Source of the DNA: Mizuhopecten yessoensis
Lineage: Eukaryota
Assembly (NCBI RefSeq): GCF_002113885.1
Contig: NW_018407322.1
Coordinates: forward strand, 955,224 to 1,018,014
Reading direction: 5' to 3'
Length of the DNA stretch: 62,791 bases
The first letter of the stretch is position 1. Each line of letters starts with the position of its first letter. Position numbers and translations under genes: made by a program. Below the pieces are notes generated by a model. That model had not been told where the DNA came from. It saw only the letters and a program-made list of their open reading frames with translations, and did no database searches. Of the stretch, positions 1-12,890 are shown piece by piece.

Positions 1-1289
1 CTAAGTTTGTTTTTGTTAATGTATGCAGATGACTTAGTATTGTTTTTCGAAATTATTGAAGGTTTACAGAGTCTTTTAGATAATCTGAATGTGTATTCTA
101 CTAAATGGAAATTAACAGTTAACACTGAGAAAACCAAAGTAGTTGTATTTAGAAACGGTGGTCGTATACGAGATAGAGAAGGTGGATGTATAATGGTTTG
201 GAGGTGGAAGTTGTAGATGTTTTCAGCTACCTAGGAGTAAAACTTAAATTCAATAATAAATTTAATCATATACAGAAACAGTTATCTGACCAAGGAAGAA
301 AGGCCATGTATGCTCTTTTTTCAAGCTCTTCTAACTTGAGCCTAAACTGTACAACGTTATTGCATTTATTTGATACGTATGTTTGTAGTATATTGCATTA
401 CGCATGTGAAGTATGGGGATCTACAAAAGGTACGGATATTGAGAGGTTACACCTACACTTTTGTAAGAAGATTTTAAAAGTTAAGAAGTCGACTTGCAAC
501 GCAATGGTTTATTTTGAATTAGGTCGACATCCTTTGGAAAATATAAGAAAATTCAGAATGATAAAATATTGGTTAAAACTAATGGATTCGAAAAATTGTA
601 TTTTGCAAACTGCGTATTCCTTTTTAAGTAGTAGCAATACAGGCAATTGCTTTAACTGGGTTAAGTATGTCAAACATTGTCTTTTTTCTCTCGGATTCGC
701 AGATGTATGGACAAATTATTATTCATATAACCATAAAAGTATTTTGTACATGATAAAGCAAAGAATATTTGATCAAAGTCAACAATATCTGAGAGGGCTA
801 TTAGAAACCTCACCTAAATGTATTTTATATAAGCACTTAGCAAATCACCATACTCTTCAATACTATTTGACAAAGTATATTCCAATGAAATACCGGATCT
901 GTTTATCTAAACTTCGTCTTTCTGCACATAATTTAGCTATTGAGACTGGTAGATACAATAACATAACGAGAGAACAAAGACACTGTATGAGCTGCATTTC
1001 AGATATTGAAGACGAATATCATTTTATTTTAATATGTAACAATTTTCATATTCTGAGAGTAAAATACATAAAACCATATTACTGGCGAAATCCTTCAATG
1101 TTTAAACTTGTACAGTTACTAAGTGCTGATAATATCAGCGTTATTCGTAAACTTGCTAGATACATTTTTGAGGCAAATAAGGCACGAGTGACGTAAACAT
1201 GCACATCAATATAATTTATATAAATGTCTATTTATGTATTATTGACATTNCAGTCAACCGACTTAAAGTAATAAAGAACTTGAACTTGA
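1..1289 (+). mobile_element. 3' part of a non-LTR retrotransposon (LINE, most like the RTEX clade)
   Basis: RT motif YADD at ~22-33, then KTKVVVF and YLG. C-terminal motifs LRLSAHNLAIETGRY and a CCHC knuckle (CMSC...EDEYHFILIC). Stop at 1196, short 3' UTR, AATAAA at 1270-1275, then a GAACTTGAACTTGA microsatellite tail ending at 1289. Clade call is from motif recall. Confidence 0.9.
7..1196 (+). pseudogene. LINE ORF2 reverse transcriptase C-terminal half with one frameshift
   Basis: ORFs 7..216 and 186..1196 join into one RT/thumb/CCHC protein if a single base is restored near 180 (RE-[R]W-MYNG). The 5' part lies outside the window. Confidence 0.85.
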
Positions 1290-3145
1290 GAGAGCTGTAA
1301 CAACCGACATGTAGTATAGTGTGGGGATTGAACTGTAATGGCCGACCCATTAGTGTGGGAGAGGGCTATAACAACCGACATGTAGTATAGTGTGGGGATG
1401 GAACTGTAACGGCCGACACATTAGTGTGAGAGAGAGATATAAGAAGCGACATGCAGTATAGGGTAAGGATTGAACTGTAATGGCGGACACATTAGTGTGG
1501 GAAGGGAGTTGTAACAGCCAACATGCAGTATAGTGTAGGGATTGAACTGTAATGGCGGACACATTAGTGTGGGAGTGAGCTGTAACAACCGACATGGAGT
1601 ATAGTGTGGTGATGGAACTGTAATGGCCGACACATTAGTGTGGGAGAGAGCTATAACAACCGACATGCAGTATAGTGTAAGGATTGAACTGTAATGGCCG
1701 AAACATTAGTGTGAGAGAGAGATATAACAACCGACATGCAGTATAGTGTGGGGGTGGAACTGTAATGGCCGACACATTAGTTTCGGAGAGAGCTGTAACA
1801 ACCGACATGTAGTATAGTGTAGGGATTGAACTGTAATGGCCGACACATTAGTGTGGGAGTGAGCTGTAACAACCGACAATGCAGAATAGAGTGTGGGGGA
1901 GGAACTGTAATGGCCGACACATTAGTTTCGGAGGGAGCTGTAACAACCGACATGTAGTATAGTGTAGGGATTGAACTGTAATGGCCGCCACATTAGTGTG
2001 GGAGGGAGCTGTAACAACCGACATGCTGTATAGTGTGGGGATTGAACTATAATGGCCGACACATTAGTGTGGGAGTGAGCTGTAACAACCGACATGTAGT
2101 ATAGTGTGGGGATGGAACTGTTATGGCCGACACATTAGTGTGGGAGTGAGCTGTAACAACCGACAATGCAGTATAGAGTGTGGGGGTGGAACTGTAATGG
2201 CCGACACATTAGTGTGGGAGAGAGCTGTAGCAACCGACATGCTGTATAGTGTGGGGATTGAACTGTAATGGCCGACACATTAGTGTGGGGGTGAGCTGTA
2301 ACAACCGACATGCTGTATAGTGTGGGGATTGAACTGTAATCGCCGATACATTAGTGTGGGAGTGAGCCGTAACAACCGACATGTAGTATAGTGTAGGGAT
2401 TGAACTGTAATGGCCGACACATTAGCGTGGGAGTGAGTTGTAGCAACCGACATGTAGTATAGTGTGGGGATTGAACTGTAATCGCCGATACATTAGTGTG
2501 GGAGTGAGCTGTAACATCCGACATGCTGTATAGTGTGGGGATTGAACTGTAATGGCCGATACATTAGTGTGGGAGTGAGCCGTAACAACCGACATGTAGT
2601 ATAGTATGGGGATTGAACTGTAATGGCCGCCACATTAGTGTGGGAGGGAGCTGTAACAACCGACATGTAGTATAGTATGGGGATTGAACTGTAATGGCCG
2701 CCACATTAGTGTGGGAGGGAGCTGTAGCAACCGACATGCTGTATAGTGTGGGGATTGAACTATAATGGCCGACACATTAGTGTGGTAGAGAGCTGTAACA
2801 ACCGACATGTAGTATAGTGTTGGGGTTCAACTGTTTTGGCCGACACATTAGCGTGGGAGTGAGTTGCAACAACCGACATGTAGTATAGTGTGGGGATTGA
2901 ACTGTAAAGGCCGACACATTAGTGTGGGAGAGAGCTTTAACAACCGACATGCTGTATAGTGTGGGGATTGAACTGGAATGGCCGACACATTAGTGTGGGG
3001 GTGAGCTGTAACAACTGAAATGCAGTATAGAGTGTGGGGGTGGAACTGTAATGGCCGACACATTAGTGTGGGAGTGAGTTGTAACAACCGACATGTAGTA
3101 TAGTGTGAGGATGGAACTGTAATGGCCGACATATTAATGTGGGGA
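1290..3145. repeat. 71-bp minisatellite (dimer of 38-bp and 33-bp related subunits)
   Basis: Unit gagctgtaacaaccgacatgtagtatagtgtggggattgaactgtaatggccgacacattagtgtgggaga; caaccgaca recurs at 1301 and 1372. Confidence 0.95.
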
Positions 3146-3732
3146 GGTAATTGTTTGCCACGTTAGAGCAGGAGGGAGTTCTGACACCACTTATATTTGG
3201 GATGGGAACTGTAACAGTCGACGCTTTAGTGTATAGACGCATAAACACATGTAACAGGTCTCACAATGGTGTGGGGATACAGTTGTAACACTCAACATAT
3301 AAACATTGGGAGGGAGTTGTATCAGCCAGCACATTAGTGTAGAGAGGAAGTTGTAATCGTCAACACATTAGTATGGATAGGTAGTTGTAATCACCAACAC
3401 CTGAGTGTGTGGAGGAAGTTTTAACAGCCAACACATTAGCGTGGGGTGGTAGCTGTAATAGCCGACACAGTAGTGTGGGTATGGAGATAAAACAGCCAAC
3501 AAATTATTTCGAGGAGGTAGCTGTAATAGCCGACAAAGTAGTGTGGGAAGGGAGTTGTAACAGCCAACAAATTATTGCGGGGTGGTAGTTGTAACAGCCA
3601 TCAAATTACTAGTGCGGCGTGGTAGTTGTAACATTCAACACATTAGTGTGGGAAGGGAGTTGTAACAGCCAACAAATTATTGCGGGGTGGTAGTTGTAAC
3701 AGCCAACACATTAGTGTGGCAAGGGAGTTGTT
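3146..3732. repeat. Degenerate ~34-bp monomer array related to the 71-bp repeat
   Basis: Repeated gttgtaacagccaacacattagtgtgg(gaaggga)-like units. Confidence 0.8.
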
Positions 3733-4642
3733 AATATAATCAATCAGTCTAGTATTGCTGTTTACGATGTCTAACTCTCTATATCTACTTGATATGCGTC
3801 TGTAATCCCCAACCAATACACACGTGGTTAATTTCCTCAGTGGAAAGTCACCATAAATAACGATACCGTCTTACTTAATTGCGACGCTAGGTTAATTCCT
3901 CACGACCATTAAGCTATCGGAATAAATACTGTTTGCGTTGAAAAACGTATGCATCACTGAATTACCAATACCTCTACTGATGGATTCAACAGTTCTACAG
4001 ACAGCCTTCTGACAGAAACACAGAAAGGTTTATATATATATCTGATGCTTGTTATAAAATCATATGCTTGTATCACCATATGCCATATTTTTTGTTCGAA
4101 TCCACCGACTTATAGTTACATGGTTCTTCTTATCTTCTTGTTCTACAGGAGACAATTTAAAAGACCCGTATTGCAAATTAGAAGACAAGTTTATTCCTAA
4201 ACAGAGTGGTAGGATGTTTTTATAAATCCATCGTCGACATTTTTGGAAGCAAATTGGAAAGCATTAACTATTAACATGCATATGTCTCATAGCTGAATGG
4301 GCTTTTCTGTAAGAGATATCGTTTTCAATGTCGTGTGTCATGTTAAACCTTTACAGTGAGGCTGACATTTATAAAACAAGGTGCATCAAAATAAGAAAGA
4401 AACGTGTAATTTTTTCTCTCAAAATCATTCGAAGGACACGCAAAAGCTGCCAAAATTCACAGTTCGCATAAGCGCGCTTGATATGTAATAAATGTCATAG
4501 TATACACTAGTATGCCTGATATGTTATAATACACCGTTCATCATGACATGTTATCAATGTCAAAGTAAAAACAAGTCTGCCTTGCACGAAATACGCATCT
4601 TGAGTAATCCATTCTCCAACTCATAACAAAGAAGGAAAACGG

Positions 4643-7600
4643 GCACTGACATTCAGGTATATATCTTATAACAGGACAATCGNNNNNNNNNNNNNNNNNN
4701 NNNNNNNNNNNNNNNNNNNNNNNNNNNNNNNNNNNNNNNNNNNNNNNNNNNNNNNNNNNNNNNNNNNNNNNNNNNNNNNNNNNNNNNNNNNNNNNNNNNN
4801 NNNNNNNNNNNNNNNNNNNNNNNNNNNNNNNNNNNNNNNNNNNNNNTCACACATATATCTTATAACAGGACAATCGGATTTAAACGAGCACTGACAGTCA
4901 CAAATATAAATTATAACAGGACAATCGGATTTAAAAGAGCACTGACAGTCACACACATATCTTATAACAGGACAATGGGATTTAAACGAGCACTGACAGT
5001 CACACACATATCTTATAACAGGACAATAGGTTTTAAACGAGCACTGACATTCACACATATATCTTATAACAGGACAATCGGATTTAAACGAGCACTGACA
5101 GTCATACATATATCTTATAACAGGACAATCGGATTGAAACGAGCACTGACAGTCACACACATATCTTATAACAGGACAATCGGATTTAAACGAGCTCTGA
5201 CAATCATACATATATCTTATAACAGGACAATCGGATTGAAACGAGCACTGACAGTCACACACATATCTTATAACAGGACAATGGGATTTAAACGAGCACT
5301 GACAGTCACACACATATCTTATAACAGGACAATAGGATTTAAACGAGCATTGACAGTCACGCACATATCTTATAACAGGACGTTCGGATTTAAACGAGCA
5401 CTGACAGTCACACATATATCTTATATCAGGACAATAGGTTTTAAACGAGCACTGACAGTCACACACATATCTTATAACAGGACAATCGGATTTAAACGAG
5501 CTCTGACAATCATACATATATCTTATAACAGGACAATCGGATTGAAACGAGCACTGACAGTCACACACATATCTTATGACAGGACAATTGGATTTAAACG
5601 AGCACTGACAGTCACGTATATATCTTGTAACAGGACAATCGGATTTAAACGAGCACTGACAATCATACATATATCTTATAACAGGACAATCGGATTTAAA
5701 CGAGCTCTGACAATCATACATATATCTTATAACAGGACAATCGGATTGAAACGAGCACTGACAGTCACACACATATCTTATGACAGGACAATTGGATTTA
5801 AACGAGCACTGACAGTCACGTATATATCTTGTAACAGGACAATCGGATTTAAACGAGCACTGACATTCACACACATATCTTATAACAGGACAATCGGATT
5901 TAAACGAGCACTGACAATCACGTATATATCTTATAACAGGACAATCGGATTTAAACGAGCACTGACAGTCACGTATATATCTTATAACAGGACAATAGGA
6001 TTTAAACGAGCACTGACAGTCACACAAACATCTTATAACAGGATATTCGAATTTAAACGAGCACTGACAGTCAAACACATATCTTATAACAGGACAATCG
6101 AATTTAAACGAGCACTGACAATCATACATATATCTTATAACAGGACAATCGGATTGAAACGAGCACTGACAGTCACACACATATCTTATGACAGGACAAT
6201 TGGATTTAAACGAGCACTGACAGTCACGTATATATCTTATAACAGGACAATCGGATTTAAACGAGCACTGACAGTCACACATATATCTTATAACAGGACA
6301 ATCGGATTTAAACGAGCACTGACAGTCACACATATATCTTATAACAGGACAATCGGATTTAAACGAGCACTGACAGTCACACATATATCTTATAACAGGA
6401 CAATCGGATTTAAACGAGCACTGACAGTCACACATATATCTTATAACAGGACAATCGGATTTAAACGAGCACTGACAGTCACACATATATCTTATAACAG
6501 GACAATCGGATTTAAACGAGCACTGACAGTCACACATATATCTTATAACAGGACAATCGGATTTAAACGAGCACTGACAGTCACACATATATCTTATAAC
6601 AGGACAATCGGATTTAAACGAGCACTGACAGTCACACATATATCTTATAACAGGACAATCGGATTTAAACGAGCACTGACAGTCACACATATATCTTATA
6701 ACAGGACAATCGGATTTAAACGAGCACTGACAGTCACACATATATCTTATAACAGGACAATCGGATTTAAACGAGCACTGACAGTCACACATATATCTTA
6801 TAACAGGACAATCGGATTTAAACGAGCACTGACAGTCACGTACATATCTTATAACAGGACAATCGGATTTAAACGAGCACTGACAGTCACACACATATCT
6901 TATAACAGGACAATCGGATTTAAACGAGCACTGACAGTCAGACACATATCTTATAACAGGACAATCGGATTTAAACAAGCACTGACAGTCACGTATATAT
7001 CTTATAACAGGACAATCGGATTTAAACGACCACTGACAGTCACAGATATTCGAATTTAAACGAGCACTGACAGTAAGACACATATCTTATAACAGGACAA
7101 TCGGAGTTAAACGAGCACTGACAGTCATACATATATCTTATAACAGGACACTCGGATTTAAACGAGCACTGACAGTCACACATATATCTTATAACAGGAT
7201 AATCGGATTTAACAAGCACTGACTGTCACACACATATCTTATGACAGGACAATTGGATTTAAACGAGCACTGACAGTCAGGTATATATCTTATAACAGGA
7301 CACTCGGATTTAAACGAGCACTGACAGTCACACATATATCTTATAACAGGAAAAACGGAATTAAACGAGCACTGACAGTCACACATATATCTTATAACAG
7401 GAAAAACGGAATTAAACGAGCACTGACAGGCACACATATATCTTATAACAGGACAATCGGATTTAAACGACCACTGACAGTCACACATATATCTTATAAC
7501 AGGAAAAACGGAATTAAACGAGCACTGACAGGCACACATATATCTTATAACAGGACAATCGGATTTAAACGAGCACTGACAGTCACGTATATATCTTATA

Positions 7601-7797
7601 ACAGGTCAATCGGGTTGAAACGAGCACTGACAGTCACACATATATCTTATAACAGGACAATCGGGTTGAAACGAGCACTGACAGTCACACATATATCTTA
7701 TAAGAGGACAATCGGATTTAAACGAGAACTGACAGTCACGTATATATCTTATAACAGGACAATCGGATTTAAACGAGCACTGACAGTCACACATATA
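4643..7797. repeat. 51-bp minisatellite (contains an assembly gap)
   Basis: Unit gagcactgacagtcacacatatatcttataacaggacaatcggatttaaac. Near-identical core at ~6240-6830, with variant units on both sides. Confidence 0.97.
4683..4846. other. Assembly gap (164 N)
   Basis: Run of N inside the 51-bp array. Confidence 1.
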
Positions 7798-9015
7798 AAC
7801 GCACTGAACTTAACAATGGCATTTTCCTGGAAGTAATTACACCATAAAAATACCATTTTGTTTCTAAGATAGGAATATCGGATTATGGTTTAACTGGTCA
7901 GACGGAGGGTAAATGGTTAAAATTCAAGCGCATACAGAAACAGACGACAGTGACAGACAGCCCGTAATCGCCATTACGCTCCAGCTACATTACTAATACA
8001 GCGCCAACTACATAACAGCCTTAAAAGACATCGCTTCAAAGCACGACCATCAGGATCACACAGATGCTTGTACCCTTTAATCATCCCCCGTAAGATGTAA
8101 TTTGAAGCTATTATTTTCGTCGCCTTAACGCTGTTAGTAGGTGACACTGTAATATCGATCACGATGAAAGGTCGGCCCATCCTCGGGTTACTCGGACAGT
8201 CACACAACTGTAAACTGACGTCGGACAATAACACCTTATTGTTCGGCGTTATTATCAAGTGTTCTATGGATGCAGATTTTACAATTACAGGTTTCCGGTT
8301 TGTGTTATGGGGATCGTGGGCGTGTAACAGATAGTTTTGTTCCCGGAACTGTGTGTAATTTCCCGACTATTCATTTAACCAAGAATTAAGCTAAAGCATA
8401 GCTCTCGGAAATGGTGCAGTATCTTACACTGATTGTCACACCAGACGTTCCGGATCGACATAATGGCTTCAGTACACGCTTCACTCTACTGTTATCACCT
8501 CCAAATGGTCTTAATTAATCTTTTTTGTTGGAGAACTCCAATACTTGGTGTTTAGTCGTGAAAGAAACACTGCGCTCGAATCTGGTGTTGTTTTCAAACA
8601 TCAAAGCACCAAAAACGAGGTACAGTTTCTATCAACACTTGTGACGAAACGTTTTTATTCAAAGAAAACGAAAAGTTTACTGTAGTTCTAAGGAGAGAGA
8701 TCTATTATCAGGTTTTCCTGGTTCCTTTTACTGCTATAACAATCAGCAACAGCCAAATATGGTCTGATGTAATGACTCACGGTCGTCACTCTCGACTGTT
8801 TCTAAAGAAAGTGATCAGAACAAACAAGTACACCTGAGCCATCCAGTTATAATAAAACAATATACTTCTGATGCAGTTTTTATTCAAATAAATATTTTGA
8901 AAGGTGATGGCGTTAGGTGATGTCGCACTGAAACCTAAATAACACTGAAAATCACGTGATGTACGATTGTCACTGATCAGGTTTTGTTCAATGCATGCTT
9001 AAAAATAAGAACATA

Positions 9016-9120
9016 ACAGCGTCACTACTTCCTGGTGCTAACCAATACCATTACAGCGTCACCACTTCCTGGTGCTAACCAATACCATTACAACGTCACC
9101 ACTTTCTGGTGCTAACCAAT
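9016..9120. repeat. 37-bp tandem repeat, about 3 copies
   Basis: acagcgtcac(t/c)acttcctggtgctaaccaataccatt at 9016, 9053 and 9090. Confidence 0.9.
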
Positions 9121-10150
9121 CTGGAACGCCCCGCTAGTTAAGTATTCGGTTCGATACACAACAACCCGGGTATGTGATATGTTAATGTTCAATGTGCCGT
9201 CTGTACTGTGTGATGAGGTTTACAAGTCGGATGGTTGATGTAATGGTGAGTTGACGTGTTATCAAACCCACACATCTGTTCGGTAACGAGGCTACAAAAA
9301 GGCAACGTGTACTTTGGGCGAAATGGTCTGTGTGTCATTTTAAACAATGTTCTATTACAAAGCACGGTGTTGTTGCTTATACTTTCAAACACGCTTCGCT
9401 TTCACCAGCTCTGTCTCAATAACTCAGTCTGATGCAAATTATTTCCAAAATAGGTTAGATCGCCTCTGTAGATTGAAAGGCTAGCAGGGACTCCAAACAC
9501 ATTCTGTCTAAAAGTTGGAATTGGATGCCTGATCGATGAGTTACGGAATTGCAAGACGATCGGAAGAAAAAGTCCGAAAATTAGATTACACTAACAGAAC
9601 ATTTAGATGAATCTGTACATCGCAGTCAATTCAATAAGGCTTTTAGTGCCATTTACAGTTAGCGGTAAGTGAAGGCTAATGCCACCAACGTTTTGTTACA
9701 ATGTTGATGATATTTGCTCGCCCGGTAGTGTGTGTATACGTGTTTCTTACAGGACCGTTCATCCTAGAAACACTATGATTCCGCACTTGGTTCGTCTGTT
9801 TGTGAAATTGAGTTAGGTAATGGACACACACAGACAAAGGAGCACTGACGACACGTCCCGACGACAGTACCTTTAATTACCAAAAAGTGGAGTAAAGTGT
9901 TTTCAATTAACAGGTGTTGTCAGCAAAATATGTCGATTGTTCGCGTGTACTTATTGTATATCTGGTCGGTGCAATGCACGTGGATTTGGTATACGAAATG
10001 GCCGTGCTAATAGAGATGACTATCGTTAACAACTACTCCAAGGTATAAAATATTCAGCACACCTATTATCTGAGCGTATTAACAATTAAAAGCTGTCTGA
10101 CCGGTGATATTGGATAATCCAATATTGACACCAGTACTGTCTACTTGTGA

Positions 10151-10442
10151 GGGTACACATTCCGGGTTATCGGTAAAATCTACTGGTAATTAGGTACACA
10201 TTCCGGGTTATCGGTACTAAATACGGGTAATTGGGTACACATGACGGGTTATCGGTACTAAATACGGGTAATTGGGTACACATGACGGGTTATCGGTACT
10301 AACTTCGGTAATTGGGTACACATGACGGGTTAGCGGTACGTATTACGGGTAATTAGGTACACATGATGGGTTATCAGTACTAAATACGGGTAATTGGGCA
10401 CACATGATGGGTTATCAGTACCCTTTTTGGATGATTGGGTAC
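10151..10442. repeat. 41-bp minisatellite
   Basis: Unit gggtacacatgacgggttatcggtactaaatacgggtaatt, about 7 copies. Confidence 0.9.
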
Positions 10443-10467
10443 TTCGTCAATAAACTGTGTAATGTAC

Positions 10468-10649
10468 GTGTAGTCGGGGACTGTTTTGTCAGTAACATGT
10501 GTAGTCGGGGACTGTTTTGTCAGTAACATGTGTAGTCGGGGACTGTTTTGTCAGTAACATGTGTAGTCGGAGACTGTTTTGTCAGTAACATGTGTAGTCG
10601 GGGACTGTTTTGTCAGTAACATGTGTAGTCGGGGACTGTTTTGTCAGTA
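10468..10649. repeat. 31-bp minisatellite
   Basis: Unit gtgtagtcggggactgttttgtcagtaacat, about 6 near-perfect copies. Confidence 0.95.
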
Positions 10650-11429
10650 AAAGGTGCTGTGAGGTGTACTGACTTTTCCCCTGTGATTACATTGTCTACC
10701 TTATCAGTATCCCCAATACTTCCTCGGATTGGTGGATTGATAATATACATTGCTGCAGGCTAAACAAATATGACGCTATCTTTACGAGTAATTGGACTTG
10801 TCTTACGAGTGGGTTAATATTGCTCTTTGTGGTGGCCGGGACAGATTCATATTGCTGTGTAAACATTAGAAAACCACGGGACGAAATGACACCAGGACTG
10901 GTCTGGTATTAACCGCTTATAATAGCAAAGCATCTCTTTGTTAGCATAACTCTTAACGCCCTATGGTTTCCTAGGGTATCCAAGAGGCGATACAGAGAGT
11001 TAATGGTTCAATAACATTCTCAAAGACCATTACAGAGATGCCTAATGATGCAACGTGCATATCAAGGTAAAAAAGTTCGGAGGTTCACTGTAGCCACATT
11101 CCTAACTATGTTTCACATGATACTTAGAAAAGTTCACTGTAGTCATATTGATTACATCCATATCCCCAGGGACACATGATAAGTGTTAATTGAGCAGGCT
11201 ACGTCACGTGACCCTACACTGACGATAGTAATATCTGTGTTGAGCAATAATGTTTCGCTACCATTGTTTTGCAGTCGACATCAACTGCTGAAGTATCAAT
11301 ATTCTGACACATTCAGAAATTGAAAAACAAATGTATTAATTAGCCGTGGAATGATTTAATGATGGGGTTCCAACACAATTTATGGTGCGTGTCAATGGAA
11401 AAGAGTAAAGAAAATAGTCTTTGGGATTT

Positions 11430-11569
11430 CCGATAGATTTACAGTGTTCCCAATATTTGTTCGACATGTTTTACAATGGTACTGGTATTTGTCCGATAAA
11501 TCTACTCTGTTTCTGATATTTGTTTGACATGTTTTACAATGGTACTGGTATTTGTCAGATAAATCTATA
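11430..11569. repeat. 63-bp tandem duplication
   Basis: gt(t/c)gacatgttttacaatggtactggtatttgtc.gataaatcta starting at 11459 and 11522. Confidence 0.8.
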
Positions 11570-11575
11570 ACATTC

Positions 11576-12570
11576 ATAGTCATGACGGACGTTCTACAAG
11601 TAAACCATAGTCATGACGGACGTTCTACAAGTAAACCATAGTCACGACGGACGTTCTACAAGTTAACCATAGTCATGGCGGACGCTCTACAGGTTAACAA
11701 TAGTCATGACGGACGTTCTACAAGTTAACAATAGTCATGACGGACGTTCTACAAGTTAACCATATTCACGACAAACGTTCTACAAGTTAACCATAGTCAC
11801 GACGGACGTTCTACAAGTTAACCATAGTCATGGCGGACGTTCTACAGGTTAACAATAGTCATGACGGGCGTTCTACAAGTTAACAATAGTCATGACGGAC
11901 GTTCTACAAGTTAACCATATTCACGACAAACGTTCTACAAGTTAACCATAGTCATGAAGGACGTTCTACAAGTTAACCATAGTCACGACAAACGTTCTAC
12001 AAGTTAACCATAGTCACGACGGACGTTCTACAAGTTAACCATAGTCATGGCGGACGTTCTACAGGTTAACAATAGTCATGACGGACGTTCTACAAGTTAA
12101 CAATAGTCATGACGGACGTTCTACAAGTTAACCATATTCACGACAAACGTTCTACAAGTTAACCATAGTCATGACGGACGTTCTACAAGTTAACCATAGT
12201 CATGACGGACGTTCTACAAGTTAACCATAGTCACGACAAACGTTCTACAAGTTAACCATAGTCACGACGGACGTTCTACAAGTTAACCATAGTCATGGCG
12301 GACGTTCTACAGGTTAACAATAGTCATGACGGACGTTCTACAAGTTAACAATAGTCATGACGGACGTTCTACAAGTTAACCATATTCACGACAAACGTTC
12401 TACAAGTTAACCATAGTCATGACGGACGTTCTACAAGTTAACCATAGTCATGGCGGTCGTTCTACAATATAACGATATTCATGACAGACGTTCTACAATA
12501 TAACCATATTTACGACAAACGTTCTACAAGGTAACCATAGTCATGGCGGACGTTCTACAATATAACCATA
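11576..12570. repeat. 31-bp minisatellite with higher-order blocks
   Basis: Unit atagtcatgacggacgttctacaagttaacc, about 32 copies. Confidence 0.95.
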
Positions 12571-12574
12571 TTGT

Positions 12575-12890
12575 AATGACTGATCAAATATACCATTAAC
12601 AATGTATGGCTGATCAATTATAGCTTTAACAATCCATGGCTGATCAAATACCCATTAACAATGTTTGGCTGATCAATTATATCTTTAACAGTGTATGATT
12701 GCTCGAATACAGATTGAACCTTGTATGGGTGATCAAATATAGCATTAACAATGTATGGCTGCTCGAATACAGATTAAACATGGTATCATTGGTCAATTAT
12801 AGCTTTAACGACGTAAGGCTGATCGAATATAGCTTTAACAAATCAATGTATGGCTGAACGAATACAGATGTAACAATCTCTAGCCGATCG
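12575..12890. repeat. Degenerate ~31-bp repeat
   Basis: Repeated tgatcaa(a/t)tatagc(t/a)ttaacaatgtatggc-like units. Confidence 0.75.

Noticed and set aside
4666-7083. 805-aa Cys-rich ORF and 694-aa opposite-strand ORF as protein-coding genes
   Set aside because: Both are pure translations of a 51-bp (17-codon) tandem unit, open on both strands, with no unique N- or C-terminal domain, and one spans an N gap.
10468-12570. 31-bp repeats as CRISPR arrays
   Set aside because: Units are head to tail with no unique spacers, there are no cas genes, and the DNA is eukaryotic.
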